NCBI GenBank assembly: GCA_964424105.1
Contig: CAYRHJ010000030.1
Span: 54,227-118,226, forward strand
Length of the DNA stretch: 64,000 nt
DNA from: an uncultured Phycisphaeraceae bacterium
GTDB taxonomy: Bacteria; Planctomycetota; Phycisphaerae; UBA1845
Direction: 5' to 3'
The position numbers and the translations under genes were made by a program. A model generated the notes under the pieces. That model saw only the letters and a program-made list of their open reading frames with translations. It was not told where the DNA came from and did not search any database. Below, one piece after another: positions 17,314-26,350 of the stretch; the stretch's first letter is position 1; every line of letters starts with the position of its first letter.

Positions 17314-20300
17314 AAACGCTGCTCGATAGCTTGCCGTTTTCATTCGATCAGCCGCAGTGGTTGTGGTTGATGCTGCTTGGACCGGCCCTGGTGATCTTGT
17401 CTTGGCGCCCGCTGGCTGCGCTGGAACGCGTTCGTCGCACGCTCGTCGTTTTTCTTCGCGTAGCCGTCGTGCTCGCTGTGGCGTTGACGCTGGCCGGTGT
17501 GCAACGCGTCCGCCGCAATAACGATCTGACCGTGATATTCCTGATGGACCGTTCGCTGAGCGTCCGCACGCACGAGGGCGATCAGGAAGACTACCTGGCC
17601 GCCGTTGGTGAAACGGCGCCGCCGGAAGATCGAATGGGCGTCATCGACTTCGCTCGAATGGCCTATCTCGAACAACTGCCCATGAAGGGCGGCTATTTCA
17701 TCGAGAAGGGCCGCCTCCCCGATCTGCCCAATACCGAGCGCACCGACGTCGCCGCCGCGATTCGATTGGCCATGGCCATGTTTCCACATGATACAGCCAA
17801 GCGCATCGTTCTGATGTCCGACGGCAATGACAACATGGGAGACGCATTGAGCGAGGCCCAACGGGCGAAGGCGGACGGCGTGGTGGTGGACGTGGCCCCG
17901 TTATGGTATCGCCTCCGAAACGAAATCTATTTCGACAAGATGGTCGCGCCCACGCAGGCGGAGGCTGGGGAAGTCGTCCCCATCCGCATGAACATCCATT
18001 CCAATCAAACGGCTGGCGGAACGATCGACATATATCACAATGGAGTGAAGCTGGCCTTGCCCCCGGAAGTCGCCCACCAGGTCTTGCAGCCGGGCAACAA
18101 CTCGCTGGTGTTGAAACTGCCCATCGAATCCGACGGCGTGCAACGATTCGAAGCCGTGTTCGTCCCCGATGATCGGGCGATGGATACCAACGTTGACAAC
18201 AACCGCGCCAGTTCGTTTTCATTTGTGTCTGCCAGGGGCAAGGTCGCCCTGATGACCATGAACGCCGCCTATGACCAGCCCCTGCAATCCGCCTTGCTGA
18301 GCGAGAATATCGAAGTGTCGATGATCGATGTGACCAGCGACGTGCCGGACCTGGCCGGCTTGATGGATTACGCAGCCATCATTCTCGCCAACGTTCCCGC
18401 GAATGTATTTACCGAGGAACAGCAGCGGATGTTGGCTTCCTACGTCGAGGACATGGGCGGCGGGTTGATCATGACCGGCGGTGACGACAGCTTCGGCGCG
18501 GGCGGGTGGATCGGAACACCCCTGGCCGACGTCCTGCCGGTGGAATTGGAGATCAAGCACAAACGGATCATCCCCCGCGGAGCGCTGGTGCTGATCATGC
18601 ACAGTTGCGAATTTCCGCGCGGCAATGCCTGGGGCAAGTTGGTCGCGAAAAAATCCGTCGATACCATCAGTTCGCGGGATTACATCGGCGTGCTCGCCTG
18701 GGCCGCCCGCGGCGAGTCCTGGGAAGTGCCCATGCAACTGGCGACGAACAAGCGGGCCGTCAAGAACGCCATCGATCGCATGATGATTGGCGACATGCCC
18801 GACTTCGACACGACCATGCAACTGGCGCTCACCGGCCTGCTGGCGACGGACGCCGCCCAAAAACACGTTATCATCATCAGCGACGGCGACCCCACGCCGC
18901 CCTCGAACAAGGTCCTATCCGACATGGCCAACGGAAACATCACCTGCACGACTGTCGGCGTAGGCTATGGACTGCACGTGGACGAAGCCGCGTTGATCCG
19001 AATCTCCCGCGTTACCGGCGGGCGATTTTACCCGGTGCGAAATCCACGAATGTTGCCGCAAATTTTCGTCAAGGAATCCAAGATCGTCCGACGACCGCTC
19101 ATTATTGAAGAACCTTTTACGCCGCAAGTTCTGTATGGCCTCAGCGAACTGTTGACCGGCATCGGCACGGGCGAGGGCGTTCCCGAACTCGGCGGTCTCG
19201 TCTTGACGTCACCCAAGCCGCTGGCTCAGCTACCACTGGTCCGGGCAACGACCGATGGACGCGATCCTGTGTTGGCGCATTGGCAGCGAGGCCTCGGTCG
19301 CGTCGTCGCCTTTACCAGCGGCTATTGGCCGCAATGGGGTACCGCCTGGACGCAATGGCCCGGATTTTCCAAACTATGGGCCCAAATCGTTCGCTGGACC
19401 ATGCGGCAGGACGCACCGGCCAACTTTGATACGCACACCGTTGTCGAGGGTAACAAGGGACGCGTCATTATCGAAGCTCTCGACGCCGATGCTGACTACC
19501 TGAATTATCTGAATCTACAGGGACGGCTCATTCACCCAACGGAGGATCCGTCGTCGATCCAGTTCATGCAGACTGGACCGGGTCGATACGAAGGCACTTT
19601 CGACATCGATCAAACCGGCCAATACATCACCAACATCGCCGTCTTTCAGGAAGGTCAATACCAAGGATCGATTCATAGCGGTGTCGCCATGCCGTTTTCC
19701 CCGGAGCTGCGAGAACTCGCCACCAACGAGGCCCTCCTCCAGAGGGTCGCGGAGATAACCGGGGGTCGAATGTTGCAAATGGATCCGCAAACCGACGACG
19801 TGTTCGCCCACAACCTGCCGCCGACCGTCTCCAAACAGCCCGCCTGGGACTGGACCTTGTCATGGCTCCTGCTTCCACTTTTTCTGTTGGACGTGGCAGC
19901 AAGGCGATTGGCCAGTTGGCTGGCGGTTTCCGTCGTCGTGGAAATCGTCATCATCGTTTTCATGCTTTTCGGCCTGGACCTGATACACTCCACTTGGTGG
20001 GGCGTGTTGGGTGTGTTCGTGTTGGCGGAAATCGTGGGCTGGACGATTCGATTTCGTTACATCGGTCCCTTGTTCGACTGGCTGACGCATACGGTGACGG
20101 CCCTGGGGCGAACCGGTGAACGCAGCACGGCCGCGTTAAGCCAACTCAAGGGCGTGCGTGACCGCATCCGTGACGGAGCGCCGTCACCCGCAGACAAACC
20201 CGCATCGCCATCGACGTCCCCACCGCCACAATCCAAACCCGACCCCAAGGCCAGGTTTGATGCGGGACAACCGGAAAAGGGTCGCCCATCCGGTGACCTC

Positions 20301-20480
20301 AGCGACGCATTGGGCGGGGCGTCGGGCGAACACGTTTCAGAACGACCCCCGCGCACTCCGGCCAAGGACGACCAGGGTTCTGAATCGGGCGAGGACACCA
20401 CGTCTCGCCTGCTGAAAGCCAAACGCCGCGCCCAGCGCGATAAGGATAAATCCGAAAAACCCGATGACCCATCGAAATAG
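17307..20480 (+). CDS. BatA-like protein: N-terminal double-TM anchor, VWA domain, glutamine-amidotransferase-like fold, two C-terminal TM helices and a disordered S/P/D/K tail.
   Basis: The ATG at 17307 overlaps the upstream stop (ATGGTGA). VWA motifs VIFLMDRSLSV and SDGNDNMGD are present, along with LIMTGGDDSFGAGGW and a C-terminal hydrophobic pair. Confidence 0.8.
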   Translation: MVKTLLDSLPFSFDQPQWLWLMLLGPALVILSWRPLAALERVRRTLVVFLRVAVVLAVALTLAGVQRVRRNNDLTVIFLMDRSLSVRTHEGDQEDYLAAVGETAPPEDRMGVIDFARMAYLEQLPMKGGYFIEKGRLPDLPNTERTDVAAAIRLAMAMFPHDTAKRIVLMSDGNDNMGDALSEAQRAKADGVVVDVAPLWYRLRNEIYFDKMVAPTQAEAGEVVPIRMNIHSNQTAGGTIDIYHNGVKLALPPEVAHQVLQPGNNSLVLKLPIESDGVQRFEAVFVPDDRAMDTNVDNNRASSFSFVSARGKVALMTMNAAYDQPLQSALLSENIEVSMIDVTSDVPDLAGLMDYAAIILANVPANVFTEEQQRMLASYVEDMGGGLIMTGGDDSFGAGGWIGTPLADVLPVELEIKHKRIIPRGALVLIMHSCEFPRGNAWGKLVAKKSVDTISSRDYIGVLAWAARGESWEVPMQLATNKRAVKNAIDRMMIGDMPDFDTTMQLALTGLLATDAAQKHVIIISDGDPTPPSNKVLSDMANGNITCTTVGVGYGLHVDEAALIRISRVTGGRFYPVRNPRMLPQIFVKESKIVRRPLIIEEPFTPQVLYGLSELLTGIGTGEGVPELGGLVLTSPKPLAQLPLVRATTDGRDPVLAHWQRGLGRVVAFTSGYWPQWGTAWTQWPGFSKLWAQIVRWTMRQDAPANFDTHTVVEGNKGRVIIEALDADADYLNYLNLQGRLIHPTEDPSSIQFMQTGPGRYEGTFDIDQTGQYITNIAVFQEGQYQGSIHSGVAMPFSPELRELATNEALLQRVAEITGGRMLQMDPQTDDVFAHNLPPTVSKQPAWDWTLSWLLLPLFLLDVAARRLASWLAVSVVVEIVIIVFMLFGLDLIHSTWWGVLGVFVLAEIVGWTIRFRYIGPLFDWLTHTVTALGRTGERSTAALSQLKGVRDRIRDGAPSPADKPASPSTSPPPQSKPDPKARFDAGQPEKGRPSGDLSDALGGASGEHVSERPPRTPAKDDQGSESGEDTTSRLLKAKRRAQRDKDKSEKPDDPSK

Positions 20481-20486
20481 GAGTGA

Positions 20487-21509
20487 ATGATGGTCGACAG
20501 GATCGATCCCGCCGTCGAAAACGCCACCAAAGAATTTCGGGCCAAGTTTCAAAGGGTCCGTGATGAAATCAACAAGGCCATCGTAGGTCACGCCGACGTG
20601 GTGGAGGGCGTATTGTCCGCGCTTTTCGTCGGCGGGCACGTGTTGCTCGAGGGCGTGCCCGGGTTGGGCAAGACCTACCTGATCCGCGTGCTGGCTGACG
20701 CGCTCCATCTGGATTTCTCGCGCATCCAATTCACGCCGGACCTGATGCCGGCCGACATCATCGGCACCAACATCATCAGTGAAGACCCCGCCAGCGGCAA
20801 AAGGTCGTTCGAGTTCCAGAAAGGACCACTGTTCGCCCAAATCGTCCTGGCCGACGAAATCAACCGGGCCACGCCCAAAACGCAGTCCGCACTGCTGGAA
20901 GCCATGCAGGAGCATTCCATCACCGTCGCGGGCCAACGTTTCAAATTGAAAGAGCCGTTCTTTGTGATGGCCACGCAAAACCCCATCGAACAGGAGGGCA
21001 CCTACCCCCTGCCCGAAGCCCAGCTTGACCGCTTCATGTTCAAACTCGTCGTGCAGTATTCCAGCCGCGAAGAACTCAAAACCATCCTCGACCGCACCAC
21101 CGCCGGCTACAAGGCAGATGTCCAAGCCGTCATGACCGGGCAGGAAATCCTGGGTGCACAAAACCTCGTCCGCCGTATCGTGATGGCCCCACACGTTCAG
21201 GACTACGCCGTCCGATTGACCATGGCCACCCACCCCGGCGGACCCCACGCCGTCGAGGTCAGCAACAAATACGTCCGCTGGGGCGCAAGCCCGCGGGCGG
21301 CGCAGGCATTGACCCTCGGCGCGAAACTCTCCGCCATGCTCGACGGGCGATACAACACTAGCTTTTCGGACGTGCAAAAGTTCTACCTCCCCGCTCTGCG
21401 ACACCGCCTCCTGCTGAATTTCGAAGGCGAAGCCGAGGGCATCGACACCGACGACGTGCTGCGGCAGATCATCGACGCCACACCCACCATGGCCGGGGCA
21501 GCGGCGTAG
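20487..21509 (+). CDS. moxR: MoxR-family AAA+ ATPase.
   Basis: Walker A GVPGLGKT, Walker B ADEINRA, MATQNP and the LPEAQLDRF sensor motif. The aggag SD lies 7 nt after the upstream stop. Confidence 0.9.
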   Translation: MMVDRIDPAVENATKEFRAKFQRVRDEINKAIVGHADVVEGVLSALFVGGHVLLEGVPGLGKTYLIRVLADALHLDFSRIQFTPDLMPADIIGTNIISEDPASGKRSFEFQKGPLFAQIVLADEINRATPKTQSALLEAMQEHSITVAGQRFKLKEPFFVMATQNPIEQEGTYPLPEAQLDRFMFKLVVQYSSREELKTILDRTTAGYKADVQAVMTGQEILGAQNLVRRIVMAPHVQDYAVRLTMATHPGGPHAVEVSNKYVRWGASPRAAQALTLGAKLSAMLDGRYNTSFSDVQKFYLPALRHRLLLNFEGEAEGIDTDDVLRQIIDATPTMAGAAA

Positions 21510-21524
21510 GTTAAGGTTGAGATT

Positions 21525-22244
21525 GTGATTGTCTATTTCGACGAATCTTATGACAACGATCGCCATTATCTCTTGTATGGCGCGCTTTTCATTCCGCCGA
21601 CGTCGACGCTCCATCAGCGTTTCTTGAAGATCCGCCAAGAGACTGACTATAGACCTGAAGTCAAGGATAACCGCTGCCGCAATCAGCGAGCACTCATGGT
21701 GTGCAAACGGATTGTGACTGAGTTTCTTGAGGACCAAGCGTATTTTAGATGCACCGTCGTTGATCAACATGGATTTGATTACAGCCTGTTTGGACGGCCG
21801 GACGAGTCAAACGCCCTCGCCCAGGCGCGGGCCTACAAGAAGTTCGCGGAGATGCTATTGAGTCCCCACGTGCGAAATGTCCGAAACGCTGTCTTTCTGG
21901 CTGACGAACTGAAACGCTGCAACGGTGATGAATTTCTGGAACGTATACGGGAGGAATTCAATCCACCCGGTCGAGCGCCAACGTTTCGACACCTCGCTGA
22001 AGTTCCTTCGAACGTTGAAGAGTATCAATGCCTACAGGTGTGCGACTTGCTGTTGGGCTGCGTGCTGAACAACCTCAAGCCACCTTCCAATCGATACAAG
22101 ATAGCGATTCGCGAGTATCTATGCGAGCGGCGCAAAGTACCGAATTTCCTGCTGTCGACTTGGAAAGATATGACGCGTAAAGATTCGATGAACCCGTCGG
22201 TTAAATTCGGTGTCTGGTATTGGCCAAAAAAACGGCCCAGGTAG
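21525..22244 (+). CDS. DUF3800 family protein with a GTG start. GC is about 50%, lower than its surroundings.
   Basis: The N-terminal IVYFDESYD (DES motif) and C-terminal LQVCDLLLGCVLNN (QxADxxAG-like) are both DUF3800 hallmarks. It starts 16 nt after moxR. Confidence 0.7.
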   Translation: MIVYFDESYDNDRHYLLYGALFIPPTSTLHQRFLKIRQETDYRPEVKDNRCRNQRALMVCKRIVTEFLEDQAYFRCTVVDQHGFDYSLFGRPDESNALAQARAYKKFAEMLLSPHVRNVRNAVFLADELKRCNGDEFLERIREEFNPPGRAPTFRHLAEVPSNVEEYQCLQVCDLLLGCVLNNLKPPSNRYKIAIREYLCERRKVPNFLLSTWKDMTRKDSMNPSVKFGVWYWPKKRPR

Positions 22245-22637
22245 TCATCCGGTATTAGCGGTCGTCGGGCATAACCCGACACCTCCCGGAAGCACCCAGG
22301 CTATGTTGAGTATACGACAAAATCGCGAGGAATGTCGCCAAAATGCAACGAATTGCAGCGAATTGCGGCAAAATACGGCAAAATGTGTCAAGATGAGGCC
22401 AAGCGTACCCATATTAGTGACAATTTCAGTATTACTTCTTAGAAATTAAATTCCAAATGACCATAAACAAATGGTGCTTTATGTGGTCCGGCGTTATTTT
22501 GATGGCTTGCGACTTGAAGAATGTGGGGCGTTTGATTCAGGCCGGCGGGTGAAATGGAGATCCGACATCAGCTCATCGAGACATGAGACGTCGGGCCCCG
22601 CGTTCTTTACGTCGAAGCCCAAACGAAAGAACCGCGT

Positions 22638-22880
22638 ATGGCCCTAGAGCAACTACGACAACGGTACGTAACCCGCCTTCTTCGAGCCGTTCCGGCGCTG
22701 GTCGGCCTACCCGCCGAGCGCTCCACGGTCGACTACGACTCCGAGGCGGACGTTTTGTACATCAGCTTCGAACGCCCGCAGAAAGCGACTGACAGCGAAA
22801 TCCGTGACGACGGCGTCATCATCCATCGCCGCGGAACGCAGGTCGTCGGAGTGACGATTCTGGACGCATCGACAAGGTAA
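22638..22880 (+). CDS. DUF2283 family small protein.
   Basis: VDYDSEADVLYISF...DDGVIIHRRGTQVVGVTILDAS matches the DUF2283 core. A possible degraded DUF4258-like partner lies upstream in a broken frame. Confidence 0.55.
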   Translation: MALEQLRQRYVTRLLRAVPALVGLPAERSTVDYDSEADVLYISFERPQKATDSEIRDDGVIIHRRGTQVVGVTILDASTR

Positions 22881-22949
22881 AACAGCCGCGTGCGGCCGCT
22901 GGTAGCGGGTGTCGCCCCAAACCGCCGATCCTGCTATAATGTCCGTATC

Positions 22950-23222
22950 ATGCACGTAATCATCGACATTCCCGACAACGTGCGGGACCAGCTCCAAGCC
23001 CAGTGGGGAGACCTTTCGCGTGCGGCCAAAGAGGCACTGGCTATCGAAAGCTACCGAGCAGGGAAAATCAGCATCGGTCTACTGGCCGAAATGCTGGGCA
23101 TGGGCGTCATCGAAGCCGATCGCTGGCTCGGTCAGCGCGGCGTTCCTTTGAATTACACCGCCGACGATTTGGAAACGGACCGCCGGAACCTCGCGGAGCG
23201 ATTTCCGGAAATCCAACGGTGA
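22950..23222 (+). CDS. UPF0175 family antitoxin.
   Basis: AKEALAIESYRAGKISIGLLAEMLGMGVIEADRWLGQRGVPLNYTADDLETD matches the UPF0175 core. A TATAAT box lies at 22935-22940. The stop overlaps the toxin start (GTGA). Confidence 0.65.
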   Translation: MHVIIDIPDNVRDQLQAQWGDLSRAAKEALAIESYRAGKISIGLLAEMLGMGVIEADRWLGQRGVPLNYTADDLETDRRNLAERFPEIQR

Positions 23223-23740
23223 TCGTCGTCGTTTCCGATACCTCCCCTTTGAACTACCTGGCGGCGATCGGGATGGTCGGCGTGCTTCCAAAGCTCTTTG
23301 CCCGCATCGTGATCCCCACGGCAGTTTTGAACGAGCTCATGCACCCCGCGGCGCCGGTGGAAACCCGGGAGTTGGTCGTTCACCGCCCCGATTGGCTTGA
23401 GGTCATCGAAGTCGATCGGAATCGAGTACAGAGCATTCGGGCAACTGCTGTTGGATTGGGAGCGGGTGAGATCGAGGCGATTTGTTTGGCGATCGACTTG
23501 AAAGCCGTCTATCTGCTAACCGACGATCTGGACGCCCGTCGCCAGGCGGAGGCGAGGTACGGGATACGCGTCACGGGAACGCTGGGTGTGCTTGATCTCG
23601 CTGCCGCCCGCAGCCTGATCGACCTGAAAGAAGCAATCGCGCGACTCCGAGCGACGAATTTGCGCTTTCCGGAAGGTGCTGTCGACAACCTGCTCCGGAA
23701 AGACGCTGAGCGAACACGCCGCGAATTCCCCCCGAAATGA
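23219..23740 (+). CDS. DUF3368 (PIN-like nuclease) toxin partner of UPF0175.
   Basis: GTG start. VIVVVSDTSPLNYLAAIGMVGVLPKLFARIVIPTAVLNEL matches the DUF3368/PIN N-terminus. Confidence 0.65.
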   Translation: MIVVVSDTSPLNYLAAIGMVGVLPKLFARIVIPTAVLNELMHPAAPVETRELVVHRPDWLEVIEVDRNRVQSIRATAVGLGAGEIEAICLAIDLKAVYLLTDDLDARRQAEARYGIRVTGTLGVLDLAAARSLIDLKEAIARLRATNLRFPEGAVDNLLRKDAERTRREFPPK

Positions 23741-23746
23741 AACCAA

Positions 23747-24001
23747 ATGTATCGCACAAACTGCGACGCAAATCTTGCGGCTGACGAGACGAAGCAACGA
23801 TTCAACTTGGAAGAGTACTTTCTGGCTTGCTTTTCTGTAGCTGGATTGGGATTTGTTTTAATCCAGACCCTTGAGATGAGTCTCGTACCCGCTCTCTTAA
23901 TGTTCGCGCCTGCCATCCTCGCGTTGGCTTTGTCGGCCGTTGTTGAGGGCGTTTGGGACTTCGTGACCAAGCGTTTGGGCCCGGACGCCTTGCCAGAATA
24001 G
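23747..24001 (+). CDS. Hypothetical small 2-TM membrane protein.
   Basis: 84-aa ORF in a lower-GC stretch with two hydrophobic helices. No recognisable homology. Confidence 0.25.
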   Translation: MYRTNCDANLAADETKQRFNLEEYFLACFSVAGLGFVLIQTLEMSLVPALLMFAPAILALALSAVVEGVWDFVTKRLGPDALPE

Positions 24002-24030
24002 GGCGTCGCTTCGCGACAGATGTTCAAGAG

Positions 24031-24933
24031 ATGCCAATGCCATCAGTGGAAAATGCACAACCGCTCCTTGATCCCGAATTCCTGACCAAGCTCGAACAGC
24101 TCGAATTGGTCAGCCGGAAAATCTTCGCCGGAAAAATGCGCGGGGAAAGGCGAAGCAAACGCCGGGGCGAGTCCGTCGAGTTCGCCGACTATCGCAGCTA
24201 CAGCGTCGGTGACGACCTGCGATTTCTCGACTGGAACATCTACGCCCGGCTCGACCGCCTGTTCATCAAGCTTTTCCTGGAAGAGGAAGACCTGCACATC
24301 AGCCTATTGATCGACGCCTCCAAAAGCATGGACTTCGGCCAACCCCACAAGGGTCTGTACGCCCGACGCGTGGCCGCCGCCCTCGGCTACATCGGGCTGG
24401 TCAACTTCGACCGCGTCAGCATCTATCCCTACGGGCTGGGCTTGAATCGCGAGCTTGCGGGCGTGCGAGGCCGGCACCTGACGCACCGACTGCTCGATTT
24501 TCTGGGGCAAGTTGAGTTCGCGGGTGCCGGAGATCTGGCACTCTCCTGCAAGCAATACGCCAACCGCCATCCGCAACGCGGCATCGTCATCGTGTTGAGC
24601 GACTTCTTCGACAAGGGGGGTTACGAGCAGGGGTTGCGATACCTGCTGGGCCGCGACCTGGACCTCTACGTGGTGCAGATGCTGTCGCCGGACGAGATCG
24701 ACCCGCCGATTCGCGGCGACCTGCAACTGAAGGACGTCGAGGACGCAGATGTAGCCGACGTCACCGTCAGCCGAGCGCTGATCCATCGCTACAAGCACAA
24801 CTTGCAAGCCTACTGCGCCGCCCTTCGCGAATTCTGCACCCGCCGCGGCATCAACTATCTTTTCACCGACACCAAAGTCCCCTTCGATCAACTCGTTCTG
24901 ACCTATCTGCGCAGACGGGGATTGTTGAGATAA
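24031..24933 (+). CDS. DUF58 family protein, the usual MoxR partner with a VWA-like fold.
   Basis: Start was set at MPMPSVENAQ. FLDWNIYARLDRLFIKLF and LLIDASKSM are typical of DUF58. Confidence 0.8.
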   Translation: MPMPSVENAQPLLDPEFLTKLEQLELVSRKIFAGKMRGERRSKRRGESVEFADYRSYSVGDDLRFLDWNIYARLDRLFIKLFLEEEDLHISLLIDASKSMDFGQPHKGLYARRVAAALGYIGLVNFDRVSIYPYGLGLNRELAGVRGRHLTHRLLDFLGQVEFAGAGDLALSCKQYANRHPQRGIVIVLSDFFDKGGYEQGLRYLLGRDLDLYVVQMLSPDEIDPPIRGDLQLKDVEDADVADVTVSRALIHRYKHNLQAYCAALREFCTRRGINYLFTDTKVPFDQLVLTYLRRRGLLR

Positions 24934-24941
24934 ATGATGCG

Positions 24942-25947
24942 GGAAGTGACTTGTCGATTGGCGGGGGCTGAACCAAAGTAGTGGTATGGTCATCGCGTAT
25001 CACGTGATCCTGACAGGGTACGGACACTGGTTGCCCAACGACCCGCGCGGATCGATGTCGGACGGCGTACGGTCCGGACGAGTTTCGGTCTTGGGAACGC
25101 CGCATCCCGGGCGGAAGCTGGTCCAGCCTTCTCGTGCCGAACTGAAGTCGTTTTATCGCGACGCGAAAACTCGCCTCGAACACCGGACGACTTGGTTCGA
25201 CCCGCCCCTCCGAATCTTGATCGCTGAGGCCTTTGCAACGGCGATCGGAAGTCGCGGCTACACTTGTTTCGCCTGTTCCGTTCTGTCCAATCATGCTCAT
25301 TTGGTCATTCGAAAACACCGCGATAAGGTTGAAACGATGATCACGCACTTGAAAACGGAATCCGCAGCCGCGCTTCGGTCTGCGTCGACAGTTCCCCCTG
25401 ACCATCCTGTATGGAGCAGTGACATGTTCAAGCGATTTCTGTTCACGGGAGACGGCGTCCGTCGTGTCGTGCGGTACGTGTGCGAAAACCCAATCAAAGA
25501 AGGAATCGGTCCCCAGAGGTATGAATTCGTCAAGGACTACAAGGGCGAATGGGACCGGTCGTGAAGCTGAAGCGCCCGCGGGCGAATCGGAGTTCGGCGT
25601 GTCCAACCGACTCCGTTGGTGATAAACTCCGCCCATTCAAAAGTAGCAGTGCGAGCTGTGCCGCGTCTCGCGTCGCAAGCGCCCGCCAACCGACAAGTCC
25701 TGACGGGAGCGTTTGGCGAGTTGACGCTTCAATGTGCAATGATGGCTTGGGGAGGCGCCCCGAACGGATTGTCCCGGGCGTGGGAACAATTCATGTTTCG
25801 GCGGGCGGCTGAGTTCCAGTCGAATCGACCGGGACCTGTGCGTGACAATGTTTGAGGATCGCGTGTGATGACGTGGAGAAGAATCGTCGATGCACGTTGA
25901 GGTGACATTCGCAAAGCTACACTTGGAAGTGACTTGTCGATTGGCGG
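24942..25947 (+). mobile_element. Putative Y1-transposase (RAYT/IS200-like) unit bounded by 23-bp direct repeats.
   Basis: GGAAGTGACTTGTCGATTGGCGG occurs at 24942-24964 and 25925-25947, bracketing the transposase gene and a downstream hairpin. Confidence 0.5.
24986..25564 (+). CDS. IS200/IS605-type Y1 (HUH) transposase, REP-associated tyrosine transposase-like.
   Basis: HUH motif SNHAHLVIRKH and catalytic-Tyr motif RYVCENPIKEG. The N-terminal AYHVILTGYGHWLPNDPRGS is typical of RAYT-like proteins. Confidence 0.7.
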   Translation: MVIAYHVILTGYGHWLPNDPRGSMSDGVRSGRVSVLGTPHPGRKLVQPSRAELKSFYRDAKTRLEHRTTWFDPPLRILIAEAFATAIGSRGYTCFACSVLSNHAHLVIRKHRDKVETMITHLKTESAAALRSASTVPPDHPVWSSDMFKRFLFTGDGVRRVVRYVCENPIKEGIGPQRYEFVKDYKGEWDRS

Positions 25948-26074
25948 ACGCCGGAAAACCGCGCCGCACCCCTTGCAACCAATGCCAGGTCCGGGCGACA
26001 ATCCTGAATCGTCCCGTCGGAGCAACCCATGGCCAACGCGAAACACGTCGAGATCGTCAAGCAGGGGGCGGAAG

Positions 26075-26254
26075 CTATCGCCGAGTGGCATGATCCGAGC
26101 CGTCCTCCAGCAGCATGGCGATGACTTCGCGAAGATTGCGATTCAACTCGTCAAGCGTCGGTGCCTGTGAATGCGCGCCTGGAAAACCGGGAACGTAACC
26201 GACGAACAGTCCCGTCTTAGGGCATCGTTCAATGACAGCCGTGAAGTGGTTCAT
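26075..26254 (-). CDS. hicB: HicB-family antitoxin (UPF0150-like), apparently orphan.
   Basis: MNHFTAVIERCPKTGLFVGYVPGFPGAHSQAPTLDELNRNLREVIAMLLEDG matches the HicB N-domain. No intact hicA is adjacent. Confidence 0.55.
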   Translation of the reverse strand: MNHFTAVIERCPKTGLFVGYVPGFPGAHSQAPTLDELNRNLREVIAMLLEDGSDHATRR

Positions 26255-26294
26255 GTCTACGATCTATGAGTACAAGATGGACGCCTGTCTGCAC

Positions 26295-26350
26295 GTCGCC
26301 AAGCGTCGCCAAGCGTCGCCAAGCATCGCCAAGCGTCGCCAAGCATCGCC
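26295..26350. repeat. 10-bp microsatellite (G/A)TCGCCAAGC, about 5.6 copies.
   Basis: Perfect 10-bp periodicity directly upstream (on the minus strand) of hicB, where hicA would be expected. Confidence 0.85.

Noticed and set aside
18219-18866. 215-aa minus ORF and several others within 17340-20545.
   Set aside because: Antisense to the BatA-like VWA gene, which has clear VWA motifs.
20337-21770. 477-aa minus-strand ORF.
   Set aside because: Fully antisense to moxR (unambiguous Walker A/B and MoxR sensor motifs) and to the start of the DUF3800 gene.
24304-24993. 229-aa minus ORF.
   Set aside because: Antisense to DUF58.
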